Below, piece by piece: positions 26,549 to 36,771 of a stretch of DNA of 64,000 nt (the first letter of the stretch is position 1; each line of letters starts with the position of its first letter). The translations under genes and the position numbers were made by a program. The DNA comes from Gemmatimonadota bacterium (lineage in GTDB: Bacteria; Gemmatimonadota; Gemmatimonadetes; Gemmatimonadales; GWC2-71-9): positions 92,322-156,321 of the forward strand of contig JBGQLP010000002.1 of the NCBI GenBank assembly GCA_041500125.1, written 5' to 3'. The notes beneath the pieces were generated by a model. The model did not search any database, was not told where the DNA came from, and was given only the letters and a program-made list of their open reading frames with translations.

Positions 26549-28833
26549 TCGAAGCGTCCGACCGAACCCTGCAGCATGCGCTCAACCCGGCGCAGCGCGA
26601 GGCGGTCGAGCACGTCGAGGGGCCGCTCCTGGTGCTGGCTGGCGCCGGCTCCGGCAAGACCCGGGTGCTCACCATGCGGATCGCCGCCCTGATCGATCAG
26701 CACGGCGTCCCACCGCAGCAGATCTTCGCGGTGACCTTTACCAACAAGGCCGCCGGCGAGATGAAGCACCGGATCGGCCAGCTGTTGAGCCGAGATCCAT
26801 CGGGGCTGTGGATCGGCACCTTCCACTCCTTGTCGGCCCGGCTGCTCCGGCGCGAAGCGGAGCTGCTGGGATTCACCCGCCAGTTCACCATTTACGACGA
26901 GGACGACCAACTCGCCCTCATCCGCCGGTTGATGGAGCGGCAGGGCCACTCGACCAAGCTGTTCCCGCCCCGGGCGCTGCAGTCGCTGATCTCCGCGGCC
27001 AAGAATCGAATGGTGCCGCCCTCGGAACTGGCTTCGGGCGCATTCGACCGCTTGGTGCAGGTGGCCGCGGAAGTGTATTCGGCTCTGGGACCGGCGCTCA
27101 AAGCGGCCAATGCGATGGATTTCGACGATCTGTTACTGCACCCGCTCACGCTGTTCCGCGAGCACCCGGACCGGCTCCGAGCCTACCAGAGCCGCTTCCG
27201 CTTTATCCTGGTGGACGAGTTCCAGGACACCAATCGGGCGCAATACCAGCTGGTACGACTGCTGGGCGCCCATGGCAACGTCTGCGCCGTCGGCGATGAC
27301 GACCAGTCGATCTACGGATGGCGCGGGGCCGACGTCCGCAACATGCAGGACTTCCTCAAGGATTTTCCCGGCGCGAAGCTGGTGCGGCTGGAGGAGAATT
27401 ATCGCTCGACCCAGATCGTGCTCGACGCGGCTAACGGCGTCATTGCCGAGAACAGCGGCCGGATCGGGAAGACCCTCACCACCCGACGCCGGGGCGGGGA
27501 AACAGTGACGCTGGTGGCAGCCGCGGACGAGCGGGACGAGGCCGAGTGGGTCGTCCGAGAGCTGCAGAAGCGAAGCGCCGCCGCGGACTGGGCGTACAAC
27601 GAGATGGCGGTACTCTACCGCACCAACGCGCAGTCACGAGCCATGGAAGAGGCGTTCCGCCGGGCGGGGGTGCCGTATCGCCTCATCGGGGCGATCAGCT
27701 TCTACGAGCGGCGCGAAGTGAAGGACCTGTTGGCGTACCTCCGGCTGGTGGCCAACCCGTCCGACGATGAGGCCTTCCTTCGGGCAGTGGGTGTGCCGCG
27801 GCGGGGACTGGGCGAGACCAGCCTCGCCCTCCTCGGCCGGGCGGCATCCCAGTGGGGTAAGCCGCTGCTCGAGACTGCCCGCATTGCCGACCGAATTCCA
27901 GACCTGCGGCCCAATGTGCGAGAGGCCTTTCGCGCATTCGCCGCTCTCATCGATGGGGCGGCCAAGCTGCAGCACCTTCCGCCGGCCGACCTGCTGGAGC
28001 ACATCATTCGGGCCATCGACTATGAAGCCCTGCTCCATGCCGAGGGGCCCGAGGGCGCCGACCGGTGGGAGAACGTGCGCGAGCTGGTGGCGAGCGCCGC
28101 CAATTGGTCGGAGGAGGTTACCCCGGCGGAGGACGATACCGGTACGCCCCTGGAGCGGTTCCTCGCGGAAGCCGCGCTTCTCTCGTCGGCCGATACCGTA
28201 ATCGGGGAAGAACAGGGCGTCACGCTCATGACGCTGCACACCGCCAAGGGATTGGAGTGGCCCGTGGTCGTCCTGTCCGGCCTGGAGCACGGACTCTTCC
28301 CGTTGGCCCGTGCGGAAGAACAGCCGTCCGGTTTGGAAGAGGAGCGCCGGCTGTGCTACGTGGGGCTCACCCGGGCCAAGGACAAGCTCTACCTTACCTG
28401 GGCCCGGGCTCGGCGCCGTGGCGGAGAGCTTCGGCCGGGCATCGCCTCCCGCTTTCTCCGGGCCATTCCACCTGGAATAGTGGAAGAGCGGCGGACGACA
28501 TCGTTGTGGGCCCCGGACTGGGGGGCGAGCGGGCGGACCGGCGGCCGGCCGGACCGGCGGTCAAGTGGTGGTGATTGGGCTGGCTACCCATCAGGAGTTG
28601 GACCGTCCGCCCGCCCGCCCGCCGGACCGCCCGAAGAGGCATCGCAGGACAGCCCCCGCTACGTGAAGGGCGAGCGGGTGCGGCACCGGCGATTCGGCAG
28701 TGGGACCATCAGAGGGCTCACCGGCACCGGCCGGGATCTCAAGGTCTCGGTGGCCTTCGATGACGAGGAGGTGGGGGTCAAGCAGTTGCTGGTGGCCTAC
28801 GCCGGTTTGGAACGAGAATGGGAGAGCGCATGA
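26545..28833 (+). CDS. pcrA: ATP-dependent DNA helicase PcrA/UvrD (SF1)
   Basis: LNPAQREAV, Walker A AGAGSGKT, DEFQDTN, and the C-terminal Tudor-like GERVRHRRFGSGTI. Confidence 0.92.
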   Translation: MIEASDRTLQHALNPAQREAVEHVEGPLLVLAGAGSGKTRVLTMRIAALIDQHGVPPQQIFAVTFTNKAAGEMKHRIGQLLSRDPSGLWIGTFHSLSARLLRREAELLGFTRQFTIYDEDDQLALIRRLMERQGHSTKLFPPRALQSLISAAKNRMVPPSELASGAFDRLVQVAAEVYSALGPALKAANAMDFDDLLLHPLTLFREHPDRLRAYQSRFRFILVDEFQDTNRAQYQLVRLLGAHGNVCAVGDDDQSIYGWRGADVRNMQDFLKDFPGAKLVRLEENYRSTQIVLDAANGVIAENSGRIGKTLTTRRRGGETVTLVAAADERDEAEWVVRELQKRSAAADWAYNEMAVLYRTNAQSRAMEEAFRRAGVPYRLIGAISFYERREVKDLLAYLRLVANPSDDEAFLRAVGVPRRGLGETSLALLGRAASQWGKPLLETARIADRIPDLRPNVREAFRAFAALIDGAAKLQHLPPADLLEHIIRAIDYEALLHAEGPEGADRWENVRELVASAANWSEEVTPAEDDTGTPLERFLAEAALLSSADTVIGEEQGVTLMTLHTAKGLEWPVVVLSGLEHGLFPLARAEEQPSGLEEERRLCYVGLTRAKDKLYLTWARARRRGGELRPGIASRFLRAIPPGIVEERRTTSLWAPDWGASGRTGGRPDRRSSGGDWAGYPSGVGPSARPPAGPPEEASQDSPRYVKGERVRHRRFGSGTIRGLTGTGRDLKVSVAFDDEEVGVKQLLVAYAGLEREWESA

Positions 28834-29129
28834 GCATCGGGCTGGATGAGGTTCTCCATGTGGCCAGGCTCGCCGAGCTGGCGGTGAAAGAGAGCGAGTT
28901 CCGCCGGCTGGTCGAGCAAATGAATCGGATTGTGGACTACGTGGCCCAGTTGAATCAGGTGCCGGCCGATAACGCGGTCGAGCCGTTCCTGGCTGGTCCG
29001 CAGTCGGTCGCGCTGCGCGAAGATGTGGAGGGCGCGATGCCCTTGGCCCGCCCCCCGGCGGCGATGGCGCCCGAATTTGCCGATGGGTTCTTCCTGGTGC
29101 CCCGCCATGGCGCCATGGAGGATCAGTGA
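28830..29129 (+). CDS. gatC: Glu/Asp-tRNA amidotransferase subunit C
   Basis: ATGA overlap with the pcrA stop. V.HVA.LA.L....E......Q...I..YV..L is the GatC pattern. Followed by gatA and gatB. Confidence 0.85.
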   Translation: MSIGLDEVLHVARLAELAVKESEFRRLVEQMNRIVDYVAQLNQVPADNAVEPFLAGPQSVALREDVEGAMPLARPPAAMAPEFADGFFLVPRHGAMEDQ

Positions 29130-30532
29130 CAGCCACAGCGGGAAAGCGGGGAAGCGGGGCGGCAACGGCACGGGAGACTGGTGCACGCCTGACGAAGTCC
29201 GCACCCCTGAACGCGGTGTTGCATTGGTCTCAGGAGCTGCTCGATGCTGAAGGGGCGCGGGTCGATGCGATGACTGCTCCGGGCCCGCTCGCGGCTATGC
29301 CAGTGGCGCTGAAGGACAACCTCGTCACCGTGGAGCAGCCGACCACCTGCGCCTCCCGGATCCTGGAAGGCTACGTGTCGCCCTATAACGCGACCGTTGT
29401 CGTCCGGCTCCGCGCGGCCGGCGCCATGATCGCGGCCAAGACCAACCTCGACGAGTTCGCCATGGGCTCGTCCACCGAGCACTCTGCCTTCGGACGGGTA
29501 AAACATCCCCTGGATCCGACCAGGGTGCCGGGTGGGTCCTCCGGCGGTTCAGCCGCACTGGTGGCGGCGGGGGTGGTGCCGGCCGCTCTGGGATCGGAGA
29601 CCGGTGGCTCGGTGCGGCAGCCGGCGAGCTTCTGCGGGGTGGTGGGGGTGAAACCGAGCTATGGGCGGGTGAGCCGCTATGGTCTTGTCGCCTTCGGCTC
29701 CTCCCTCGATTGCGTCTCGGTCTTTGGCCGCACGGTGGATGACGCCGCTCGGGTCCTGAGCACCATCAGCGGACCCGACCCACTCGATGCCACGACCGTT
29801 GACCGTGCTCCCATGCGGGTGCCGAAGGCCCTGCCCAACCTTCGGGGTCTGACCATCGGCCTTCCTAAAGAGTACTTCCCGGCTGACCTCGACCGCGGGG
29901 TGGCTGCCGCGCTCCGTCGTACCACCGAGCGGATCCAGGAGCTCGGCGGAGAGGTCCGCCAGGTCTCACTCCCTAACTCCACCTATGCGGTGCCGACCTA
30001 CTACATCATCGCGCCGGCGGAAGCAGCGGCCAACCTGGCGCGCTATGACGGGGTCCGCTATGGCAGGCGGCGCATTGGAGCCGAGGGAGATATTCGAGCG
30101 TTGTATCGCACCACCCGGGGCGAGGGGTTCGGCGAGGAAGTGCGTCGTCGGATCCTGGTCGGCACCTACGTGCTGAGCGCGGGCTACTATGACGCGTACT
30201 ACAAGAAGGCCCAGCAGGTGCGAGCGCTGATCGCCGAGGACTTCAGCCGCGTGTTCGACTCGGGCATCGACTTGCTGCTCACCCCGACCACGCCGACGCC
30301 GGCGTTCAAGGCCGGAGAGAAGACCGAAGATCCAGTGGCGATGTACCTGGCCGATGTGTTTGTCTGCTCCATGAGCCTTGCCGGGCTCCCCGCCATGAGC
30401 TTGCCGGTGGGCCGGAGTGAGGGTCTGCCCATCGGGGCACAGCTGGTGGCGCCGCATTTCGGGGAGGAACGGCTGTTGGCCGCGGCCCAGGTCCTCGAGC
30501 GAACGCTGGATCCGCTGGCGGAGGTGCGCTGA
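29126..30532 (+). CDS. gatA: Glu/Asp-tRNA amidotransferase subunit A
   Basis: Amidase signature GGSSGGSAALVAAG and KDN. The N-terminal ~20 aa are encoded by an octamer repeat, so the start is uncertain. Confidence 0.9.
   Translation: MTATAGKRGSGAATARETGARLTKSAPLNAVLHWSQELLDAEGARVDAMTAPGPLAAMPVALKDNLVTVEQPTTCASRILEGYVSPYNATVVVRLRAAGAMIAAKTNLDEFAMGSSTEHSAFGRVKHPLDPTRVPGGSSGGSAALVAAGVVPAALGSETGGSVRQPASFCGVVGVKPSYGRVSRYGLVAFGSSLDCVSVFGRTVDDAARVLSTISGPDPLDATTVDRAPMRVPKALPNLRGLTIGLPKEYFPADLDRGVAAALRRTTERIQELGGEVRQVSLPNSTYAVPTYYIIAPAEAAANLARYDGVRYGRRRIGAEGDIRALYRTTRGEGFGEEVRRRILVGTYVLSAGYYDAYYKKAQQVRALIAEDFSRVFDSGIDLLLTPTTPTPAFKAGEKTEDPVAMYLADVFVCSMSLAGLPAMSLPVGRSEGLPIGAQLVAPHFGEERLLAAAQVLERTLDPLAEVR
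29138..29175 (+). repeat. Purine-rich octamer array GCGGGAAA GCGGGGAA GCGGGGCG ... (single arm)
   Basis: Begins 9 nt after the gatC stop. Same GCGGGRAA family as 35856-35894 and 22928-22959. Confidence 0.7.
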
Positions 30533-31974
30533 TGGCGTGGGAAACAGTGATCGGGCTCGAGGTCCATGTACAGCTGCGGACTCGTACCAAGATGTTCTGC
30601 GCCGACCGGACCACCTTTGGCGATCCGCCGAACACCAACGTGTGCCCCGTCTGCCTGGGCCTACCCGGCGCACTCCCGGTACCCAACGGCGAAGCGATTC
30701 GTCTCGCGGCTCAGGCGGCCCTGGCGCTCGGCTGCACCGTGCATGAGACCAGCGTGTTCGCTCGCAAGAACTATTTCTATCCCGATCTGCCCAAGGGATA
30801 CCAGATCTCTCAATTCGACCGTCCGCTGGCCACTGGCGGGAGCGTGACCTTCGATTCGCCCGAGCGAGGCCGCATCCGGGTAGGGATCACCCGGCTTCAC
30901 GTCGAGGAAGATGCCGGGAAGCTGCTGCATGACCGGATTCCGGGAAAGACGGCCGTGGATCTCAATCGCGCCGGCATCCCCCTAGCGGAGATCGTGAGCG
31001 AGCCCGATCTCAGGTCGCCCGCCGAAGCGCGGGCCTATCTGACCACGCTGCGTCAGATTCTGGTCTACGCCGGCGTGAGCGAGTGCAGCATGGAACAGGG
31101 GAGCTTACGGGTCGATGCCAACATCTCGATTCGCCCGGCCGGCCAGGCGAAGCTCGGCACCAAGACCGAAGTGAAGAACATGAACTCCTTCGCCAACGTC
31201 GAGCGCGCGCTGGAGGCCGAACGGGTTCGGCAGACGGGACTGGTGGAAGCGGGCCGGAAGGTGGAGCAGGTCACCCTGCTGTTCAATGCGGCGGCTGGGC
31301 AAGTAAAGCCAACCCGCTCCAAGGAAGAGAGTCACGACTACCGTTACTTCCCCGACCCCGACCTGCCGCCGCTCGTGCTCAACCCCGCCTGGATTGCGGA
31401 GCAGCGGGCATCGTTACCGGAGCTCCCCGACGCCAAGCGGTCACGGCTGGAGTCGGCCTACGGCCTGCCGGCATACGATGCGAAGGAGATCACCAGCGAA
31501 GCGGCGCTGGCCCACTTCTTCGAGTCGGTGGTGCGTGCCGGCGCCGATCCCAAGACCGCGGCCAACTGGCTCATGGCCGACGTCCGCACCTCCTATAATG
31601 AAAGCGGCGCCTTTCCGGTCTCGCCTGAGCGGTTGGCTGGGCTGATCGACCTCGTGCGCGAACGGACCGTGAGCCATCAGGCCGCCAAGCGCATCTACGG
31701 CGAGCTGGCCCGTTCGCCCGATGAAAATCCTCGTACCGCGGCGGAGCGGCTGGGTTTGGTACAGGTCAGCGATCACGGGGCGCTTACTGATTGGGTCGAC
31801 GAGGTGCTTGCTGCGCACCCGGGCGAGGTGGCCCGGTTCCGCGGTGGCGAGACCAAGCTCATGGCCTTTTTCGTCGGCCAGGTCATGAAGCGGAGCAAGG
31901 GAAAGGCGGATCCCAAAGGGGTGCAGCCGGTGTTGCAGCTGCGCCTGCGGCAGACGGCGGAGACCGGGCGGTAG
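30532..31974 (+). CDS. gatB: Glu/Asp-tRNA amidotransferase subunit B
   Basis: WE.VIGLEVHVQL.T..K.FC, NVCPVCLGLPGALP and the C-terminal YqeY-like domain. Confidence 0.95.
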   Translation: MAWETVIGLEVHVQLRTRTKMFCADRTTFGDPPNTNVCPVCLGLPGALPVPNGEAIRLAAQAALALGCTVHETSVFARKNYFYPDLPKGYQISQFDRPLATGGSVTFDSPERGRIRVGITRLHVEEDAGKLLHDRIPGKTAVDLNRAGIPLAEIVSEPDLRSPAEARAYLTTLRQILVYAGVSECSMEQGSLRVDANISIRPAGQAKLGTKTEVKNMNSFANVERALEAERVRQTGLVEAGRKVEQVTLLFNAAAGQVKPTRSKEESHDYRYFPDPDLPPLVLNPAWIAEQRASLPELPDAKRSRLESAYGLPAYDAKEITSEAALAHFFESVVRAGADPKTAANWLMADVRTSYNESGAFPVSPERLAGLIDLVRERTVSHQAAKRIYGELARSPDENPRTAAERLGLVQVSDHGALTDWVDEVLAAHPGEVARFRGGETKLMAFFVGQVMKRSKGKADPKGVQPVLQLRLRQTAETGR

Positions 31975-31984
31975 GCTCGGCTGC

Positions 31985-32896
31985 CTAGCGGCCCCCCGGC
32001 TGCTCGCTTCGCGTGGAGGTAATAGGCGGGGCCATTTTCTCCAGCTGCAGCAGACTCATCGGATCCACCGAGATTGCACCGTAACGCGCGACCCAGTGCA
32101 GGTGAGGGCCGGTGACCCGGCCACTTCGGCCAACCGCACCGATGCGTTGTCCCGCTACCACGGTATCTCCCTCCGAGACGTCGGCGCGGCTCAGGTGAAA
32201 GTAGGCGGTCACCACACCGCCCCCGTGATCGATATAGACGGCTCGCCCCGCGAGATAGAAATCCGCCACCATCGCCACGACTCCGCGGCCGGCGGCCCGG
32301 ACCGGTGCGCCGATGGCACCGGCAAAGTCGGTCCCCAGGTGCCGTCCCTGGAGCTCTCCGTTATAGACTCGCGCCGTGCCGAAAGGGCTGGTGATCCGGC
32401 TGGCCCGGGGCACCTGGAATGGCCCCCGCCAGATCTGGGGCCGTTCCTGTGACCGGCGGGACACCTCTCTGCTCCGGGCAAGCTCGGCTCGAATACGTGC
32501 AGTGGAGATGCTATCCGGCCTCACGAAGGCCGGCGCGACCGCCAGGACCTCGCTGGCGTAGCCTCCCTTACGCACCGGGACCGACGTGTGGACCGTGTCG
32601 GTGCGGTCGCCCAGCTGGAGGAAAACCGAGACCGGAAGTGAGTCGCCGACATCCATGGGGACGCCGACCAGCGCCTTGAATCCGCTATCGGACGGTTGAA
32701 AGTGAATCGGCTCGCCAGCCGCTTCACCGGCAACGATGTTGGCCGCGACGCCGGGACGGACCCGGAGCCACGCGAGCGTTCCTTCTATAAGCGAAGCAGG
32801 TTCCACACTGAGGGTGGGGCGGGGAACGGAATCCAGGCTCGGGTGAGCAAGGGAGTCCTGGCCCCAGGCCGGGTGCGGCGGGATCGCCCCAAGCAA
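31985..32896 (-). CDS. M23 family metallopeptidase (LytM-type)
   Basis: HLGTDFA (HxxxD) and GRSGRVTGPHLHW (HxH) motifs, with an exported N-terminus. Confidence 0.85.
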   Translation of the reverse strand: MLGAIPPHPAWGQDSLAHPSLDSVPRPTLSVEPASLIEGTLAWLRVRPGVAANIVAGEAAGEPIHFQPSDSGFKALVGVPMDVGDSLPVSVFLQLGDRTDTVHTSVPVRKGGYASEVLAVAPAFVRPDSISTARIRAELARSREVSRRSQERPQIWRGPFQVPRASRITSPFGTARVYNGELQGRHLGTDFAGAIGAPVRAAGRGVVAMVADFYLAGRAVYIDHGGGVVTAYFHLSRADVSEGDTVVAGQRIGAVGRSGRVTGPHLHWVARYGAISVDPMSLLQLEKMAPPITSTRSEQPGGR

Positions 32897-32967
32897 GAGG
32901 CAGACGACAACAAGACCGCGAGCGATCGTCCGCGGATCCAGAGGGCCAACGTGAATGCCGGGAGAGC

Positions 32968-33936
32968 TCAGCGGTCGCCGCTCACGAGGAGCTTGGGGGA
33001 GGGGGCGGTACCTTCAGCCGCGCGCCAGGGCAGCTTCGTGGACATCCTGCTCCAGAAGACTAGCGCCCGGTCGGGGAGCCCGAAGTGCTCGTTGGCGGCC
33101 TCCTGCAGCTCAGCGGTATCTCGCCGGCCGGCCTCGCGCATCACCCGGCGGCGCATCTCCTTGGCCGTCTTGAGCGGCCGCTCGCCCGAGGGGTCGAGAT
33201 GGCGGGCCGAGGAGACCGACTCGGTCAGCAGCTCCATCATGAAGTCAAAGGAGAGGCCCAGGTGGCGCTCCACATCGGCATCGGTGAGCGGCCAACGGCT
33301 GTACTCCCGCGCCACCTGGCTGGCGCGCTGCCAACTGGTGGTCTCGGTGAGGTGCACCATGCCCCGGAACAGTCTCCGGTTGGTGCGCACACTGAAAATG
33401 GTCGGGGCGATGATGCGATCCAGATGGGCATCCGCCGGCGCGTGATCGAGCAGGATCACGTCCTTCGCGACCTTGGAGTAGGCGTCGCCCAGATGGGCCT
33501 CGACCCGGGTCTCCCAATACGAGTGCCCCACCGCCGCGGTGCTGCTGGTGAGCATGAGCTGCCGGGGGACGAAGTAATTGTGGGCGATGGTGTCGGCGGC
33601 GAGGTGACTGAGGTACCCCAGTCCGAAGGCACGCAGCGCATCGGAGGCGGCAAGATCGTGGATCTCCTGGCCCACGTGCCAGTAGTGGCAATGTCGTCCC
33701 AACGGCGCGTAATGCTTCGCGATCGACGAATCGGCGGCGATGTTGCCGTAGAGAAAATCGAAGGGAAAGGCTCGCAGAAGATCGGCCGCCGGGCCGGGGA
33801 GATACGACAGATTCGCGAGGACCGACTCGCCCAGATAGATGTGGGTTCCCGGGGTCCAGGCGTGGGCCTGCTCGGGAACCACCAGGAGGCACAGCCCCAC
33901 GCCCACTAGCGCGAGCGCGAGGCGGGGAAGGGTCAT
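32968..33936 (-). CDS. Zinc-dependent phospholipase C-like family protein
   Basis: Signal peptide then AWTPGTHIYLGE and GYLSHLAADTIAHNY, His-rich motifs typical of the bacterial Zn-PLC-like family. Confidence 0.55.
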   Translation of the reverse strand: MTLPRLALALVGVGLCLLVVPEQAHAWTPGTHIYLGESVLANLSYLPGPAADLLRAFPFDFLYGNIAADSSIAKHYAPLGRHCHYWHVGQEIHDLAASDALRAFGLGYLSHLAADTIAHNYFVPRQLMLTSSTAAVGHSYWETRVEAHLGDAYSKVAKDVILLDHAPADAHLDRIIAPTIFSVRTNRRLFRGMVHLTETTSWQRASQVAREYSRWPLTDADVERHLGLSFDFMMELLTESVSSARHLDPSGERPLKTAKEMRRRVMREAGRRDTAELQEAANEHFGLPDRALVFWSRMSTKLPWRAAEGTAPSPKLLVSGDR

Positions 33937-34415
33937 CAGCGGCTCGGCACCAGGATTCGTCGCACCCGGCCCAGCATGCCGTTACCCCGGCGTAGCGAAC
34001 GGAGGGCCGCGGCGGCGTCGAGGGCGGCGCCCTCCACTTCGTCGTGCACCACGTCGTAGAGCGTTTCGAGCTCCTGGAGTTTTGTCTCGATCCGGTCGAC
34101 CGCTCGCACCGTCTTGCGCCGGAGCCGGCGCGCGGTCTGGGCAAAGGCGCCGGTCTCATGCCGCACCAGCACCATCACGTCCTGGGCCTGTTCCGTCAGA
34201 CGGCGGACGGTCTTGAGGGTGCGGCCCACCTCATCCTGCAGCCCATCCACGATCGTGGCGATCTTGCGCACCTGGCCGGATAGCTTGAGCGCGGCAAAGG
34301 CCAGCGCAGCCGCAATCGCGAGAAACGACAGGGCAATGATCGCGAGCGATATCGCCATGACCGGTCCCACCCACGACTGGACCGCGCCGACCTGCAAGAG
34401 TGCGAGTAATCTCAT
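33936..34415 (-). CDS. DUF948-like membrane-anchored coiled-coil protein
   Basis: One N-terminal TM helix followed by long helical segments. The stop overlaps the downstream start by 1 nt. Confidence 0.45.
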   Translation of the reverse strand: MRLLALLQVGAVQSWVGPVMAISLAIIALSFLAIAAALAFAALKLSGQVRKIATIVDGLQDEVGRTLKTVRRLTEQAQDVMVLVRHETGAFAQTARRLRRKTVRAVDRIETKLQELETLYDVVHDEVEGAALDAAAALRSLRRGNGMLGRVRRILVPSR

Positions 34416-34569
34416 ACGCTAGTCCTCCGGGAAGGCTGCACCGACTGCTCGAGCGCCAAAGTCTGGGGTCGGCGGTCCGCCCCCCTCTCGCTAATACAAA
34501 GCGGTCTCGGCAGCACCGCAACCCCCTCATTCCGCTTGACGCGATTCCCTGGTGAGGCCAGCTTTGGCC

Positions 34570-35853
34570 ATGCCTCCTCGTTTTCTCGTGCACGGCGGCC
34601 GTCCGTTGAAGGGAACGGTGCGTCCGGCGGGCAACAAGAACGCCGCACTTCCCATCCTGGCGGCCACCGTTCTCGCCGACGGTCCGGTCGATCTGGAAAA
34701 TATCCCCCGCATTCGTGACGTCGAAACCATGCTGGCGCTGCTGGTGGATCTCGGCGCAACGGCGGAGTGGACCGGCGCCAACGCCGTAAGGATCGACACC
34801 CGCAACGTCAAACCTAAGCCGCTCGACCCGGCGCTCTGCGCGAAAATCCGGGCCTCGATTCTCTTGGCCGGGCCCCTGCTGGCTCGCTTTGGAAGCGTCA
34901 CCCTGCCTCCCCCCGGGGGCGACGTCATCGGCCGGCGGCGGGTGGATACCCATTTCCTGGCGCTGGAGCACCTGGGCGCGTCGGTCATGGTGGGGGACCG
35001 CTACGAGCTCGAGGCCAAGGCGCTCAAGGGCGACGACATCTTCCTCGACGAACCGAGCGTCACCGGCACCGAGAATGCGCTGATGGCTGCGGTGATGGCA
35101 AAGGGTCGCACGATTCTTCGGAATGCCGCCTGTGAGCCGCACGTGCAGGACCTGGCCCGGGCACTCGTGGCCATGGGCGCCGAGATCAGCGGTATCGGAT
35201 CGAACATTTACACCATCGAGGGCGGGCGGCCCCTTGTGGGCACTTCGTATACCATCGGTCCGGATCACATCGAGATCGGAAGCTTCATCGGCCTGGCGGC
35301 CGTGACCAACGGTGAGGTCACCATCGAGCCGGTGCGCGTGGAGGATCTGCGCAGCACCCTCCTCGGCTTCGAGCGACTGGGGATTCGCCCGCGGGTGGAG
35401 GGAACTCGGTTGACCGTGAGCCCGGGACAGGAGCGGCGCATCCGTCCCGACCTCGGCGGCCACGTGCCCAAGCTGGAGGATGGTCCCTGGCCCGCGTTCC
35501 CCGCCGATGTCATGTCAACCACGATCGTCACCGCCACTCAGTGCTCCGGAATGCTCCTAGTCTTCGAGAAGATGTTCGAGTCCCGGCTCTTCTTCGTGGA
35601 CAAGCTGATCGGCATGGGGGCGCGCATCGTCCTGTGTGACCCGCATCGCGCGGTCATCTCGGGTCCCTCTCCGCTCAAGGGCGGCACGGTGGAGTCGCCC
35701 GACATCCGCGCCGGCATGGCCATGCTCCTCGCGGCGCTGGCGGCGGAGGGATCCAGCACGATTTACAACGTGGGCCAGATCGAGCGAGGATACGAGCGCA
35801 TTGACGAGCGGTTGCGGGCGCTCGGAGCCGAGATCGAGCGGGTGGATGGGTAG
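34570..35853 (+). CDS. murA: UDP-N-acetylglucosamine 1-carboxyvinyltransferase
   Basis: [30 protein letters not shown] is the canonical MurA N-terminus, and full-length similarity is evident. Confidence 0.93.
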   Translation: MPPRFLVHGGRPLKGTVRPAGNKNAALPILAATVLADGPVDLENIPRIRDVETMLALLVDLGATAEWTGANAVRIDTRNVKPKPLDPALCAKIRASILLAGPLLARFGSVTLPPPGGDVIGRRRVDTHFLALEHLGASVMVGDRYELEAKALKGDDIFLDEPSVTGTENALMAAVMAKGRTILRNAACEPHVQDLARALVAMGAEISGIGSNIYTIEGGRPLVGTSYTIGPDHIEIGSFIGLAAVTNGEVTIEPVRVEDLRSTLLGFERLGIRPRVEGTRLTVSPGQERRIRPDLGGHVPKLEDGPWPAFPADVMSTTIVTATQCSGMLLVFEKMFESRLFFVDKLIGMGARIVLCDPHRAVISGPSPLKGGTVESPDIRAGMAMLLAALAAEGSSTIYNVGQIERGYERIDERLRALGAEIERVDG

Positions 35854-36697
35854 AGGCGGGAAAGCGGGAAAGCGGGTAAGCAGGGAAGCAGGGAGTGTAC
35901 GCAGGGGCGCACAGGCTGCGTCCTTTGCCGCATCGGAACTCCGGGAAGCACCCATCGTCGGAGCCATTCCCCAGTATGAGATCCCCGGGTGGAGAGAATA
36001 CTACGGTGTCGTCGCCGGGATCACCGGCCGGGGCGACGGGTCCGGACGCGGATTCGATCTGGGTCTTTGGAGTGACCAGCCAGTAGGTGAGGTGATGAGC
36101 CGCTGGCTCACGTTTCGCCGAGGGATGTCCGAATTCCAGGCGGTGGCCCTGGGGAATCAGGTCCATGGTGTCGAGATCATGAATCTCGATGCCGGACGCG
36201 GGTGGATCCAGATCGAGGGGATCGACGGGTGGATCACCACCACCCCAGGTATCCTCCTGACCGTGACCATCGCCGACTGCGTGCCGGTGTATCTGGTCGC
36301 CCCCGGCCGCGGAATCGCATTGCTGCATGCCGGGTGGCGGGGGACCGCGGGTCAGATTCTGGGGCGCGGACTCGACCGGCTCGGGTCTGCTGTCGGCTCT
36401 TCTACCGATATCGTAATGCATTGCGGTGTCAGCATCTGCGGCAAGTGCTATGAGGTAGGTTCTGAGGTGATGGTGGGCTGCGGTCTATCGGCCGAGGGAG
36501 CCGGGCCGTGGCACCTCGATCTCCGGGAGCGGCTGGTGGCACAGGCAAGAGCCCTGGGCGTCACCCAAGTCACCGTCTCGACTTGGTGTTCGGCCCATGA
36601 CCGTTCGACGTTTTATAGCCACCGGGGATCCAGAGGCACCGATGGGCGAATGGTGGCTTACATGGGAATGCTTGCTTCCAACCCGCTTCCCGCATAA
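35846..36697 (+). CDS. pgeF: Peptidoglycan editing factor PgeF / YfiH (laccase-domain, DUF152) protein
   Basis: QVHG..I, TADCVPV and LHAGWRG motifs. The start is uncertain: ATG at 35846 overlaps the murA stop and makes the octamer repeat the N-terminal ~16 aa. Confidence 0.75.
   Translation: MGRGGKAGKRVSREAGSVRRGAQAASFAASELREAPIVGAIPQYEIPGWREYYGVVAGITGRGDGSGRGFDLGLWSDQPVGEVMSRWLTFRRGMSEFQAVALGNQVHGVEIMNLDAGRGWIQIEGIDGWITTTPGILLTVTIADCVPVYLVAPGRGIALLHAGWRGTAGQILGRGLDRLGSAVGSSTDIVMHCGVSICGKCYEVGSEVMVGCGLSAEGAGPWHLDLRERLVAQARALGVTQVTVSTWCSAHDRSTFYSHRGSRGTDGRMVAYMGMLASNPLPA
35856..35894 (+). repeat. Purine-rich octamer array GCGGGAAA GCGGGAAA GCGGGTAA GCAGGGAA GCAGGGA (single arm)
   Basis: Starts 3 nt after the murA stop. 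Shares the 11-mer GCGGGTAAGCA with 22953-22963. Confidence 0.85.
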
Positions 36698-36742
36698 TAT
36701 TTAGCGGCTGTCCCGGGAGGCGCTGGTACGGGCCGACTGCCG

Positions 36743-36771
36743 ATGTGGGGGAGTTCCCCCACATTTTTTTT
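36743..36771 (+). terminator. Rho-independent terminator / possible attenuator immediately upstream of rimP
   Basis: ATGTGGGGGA-GT-TCCCCCACAT stem followed by 8 T residues. It ends 11 nt before the rimP ATG. Confidence 0.85.
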
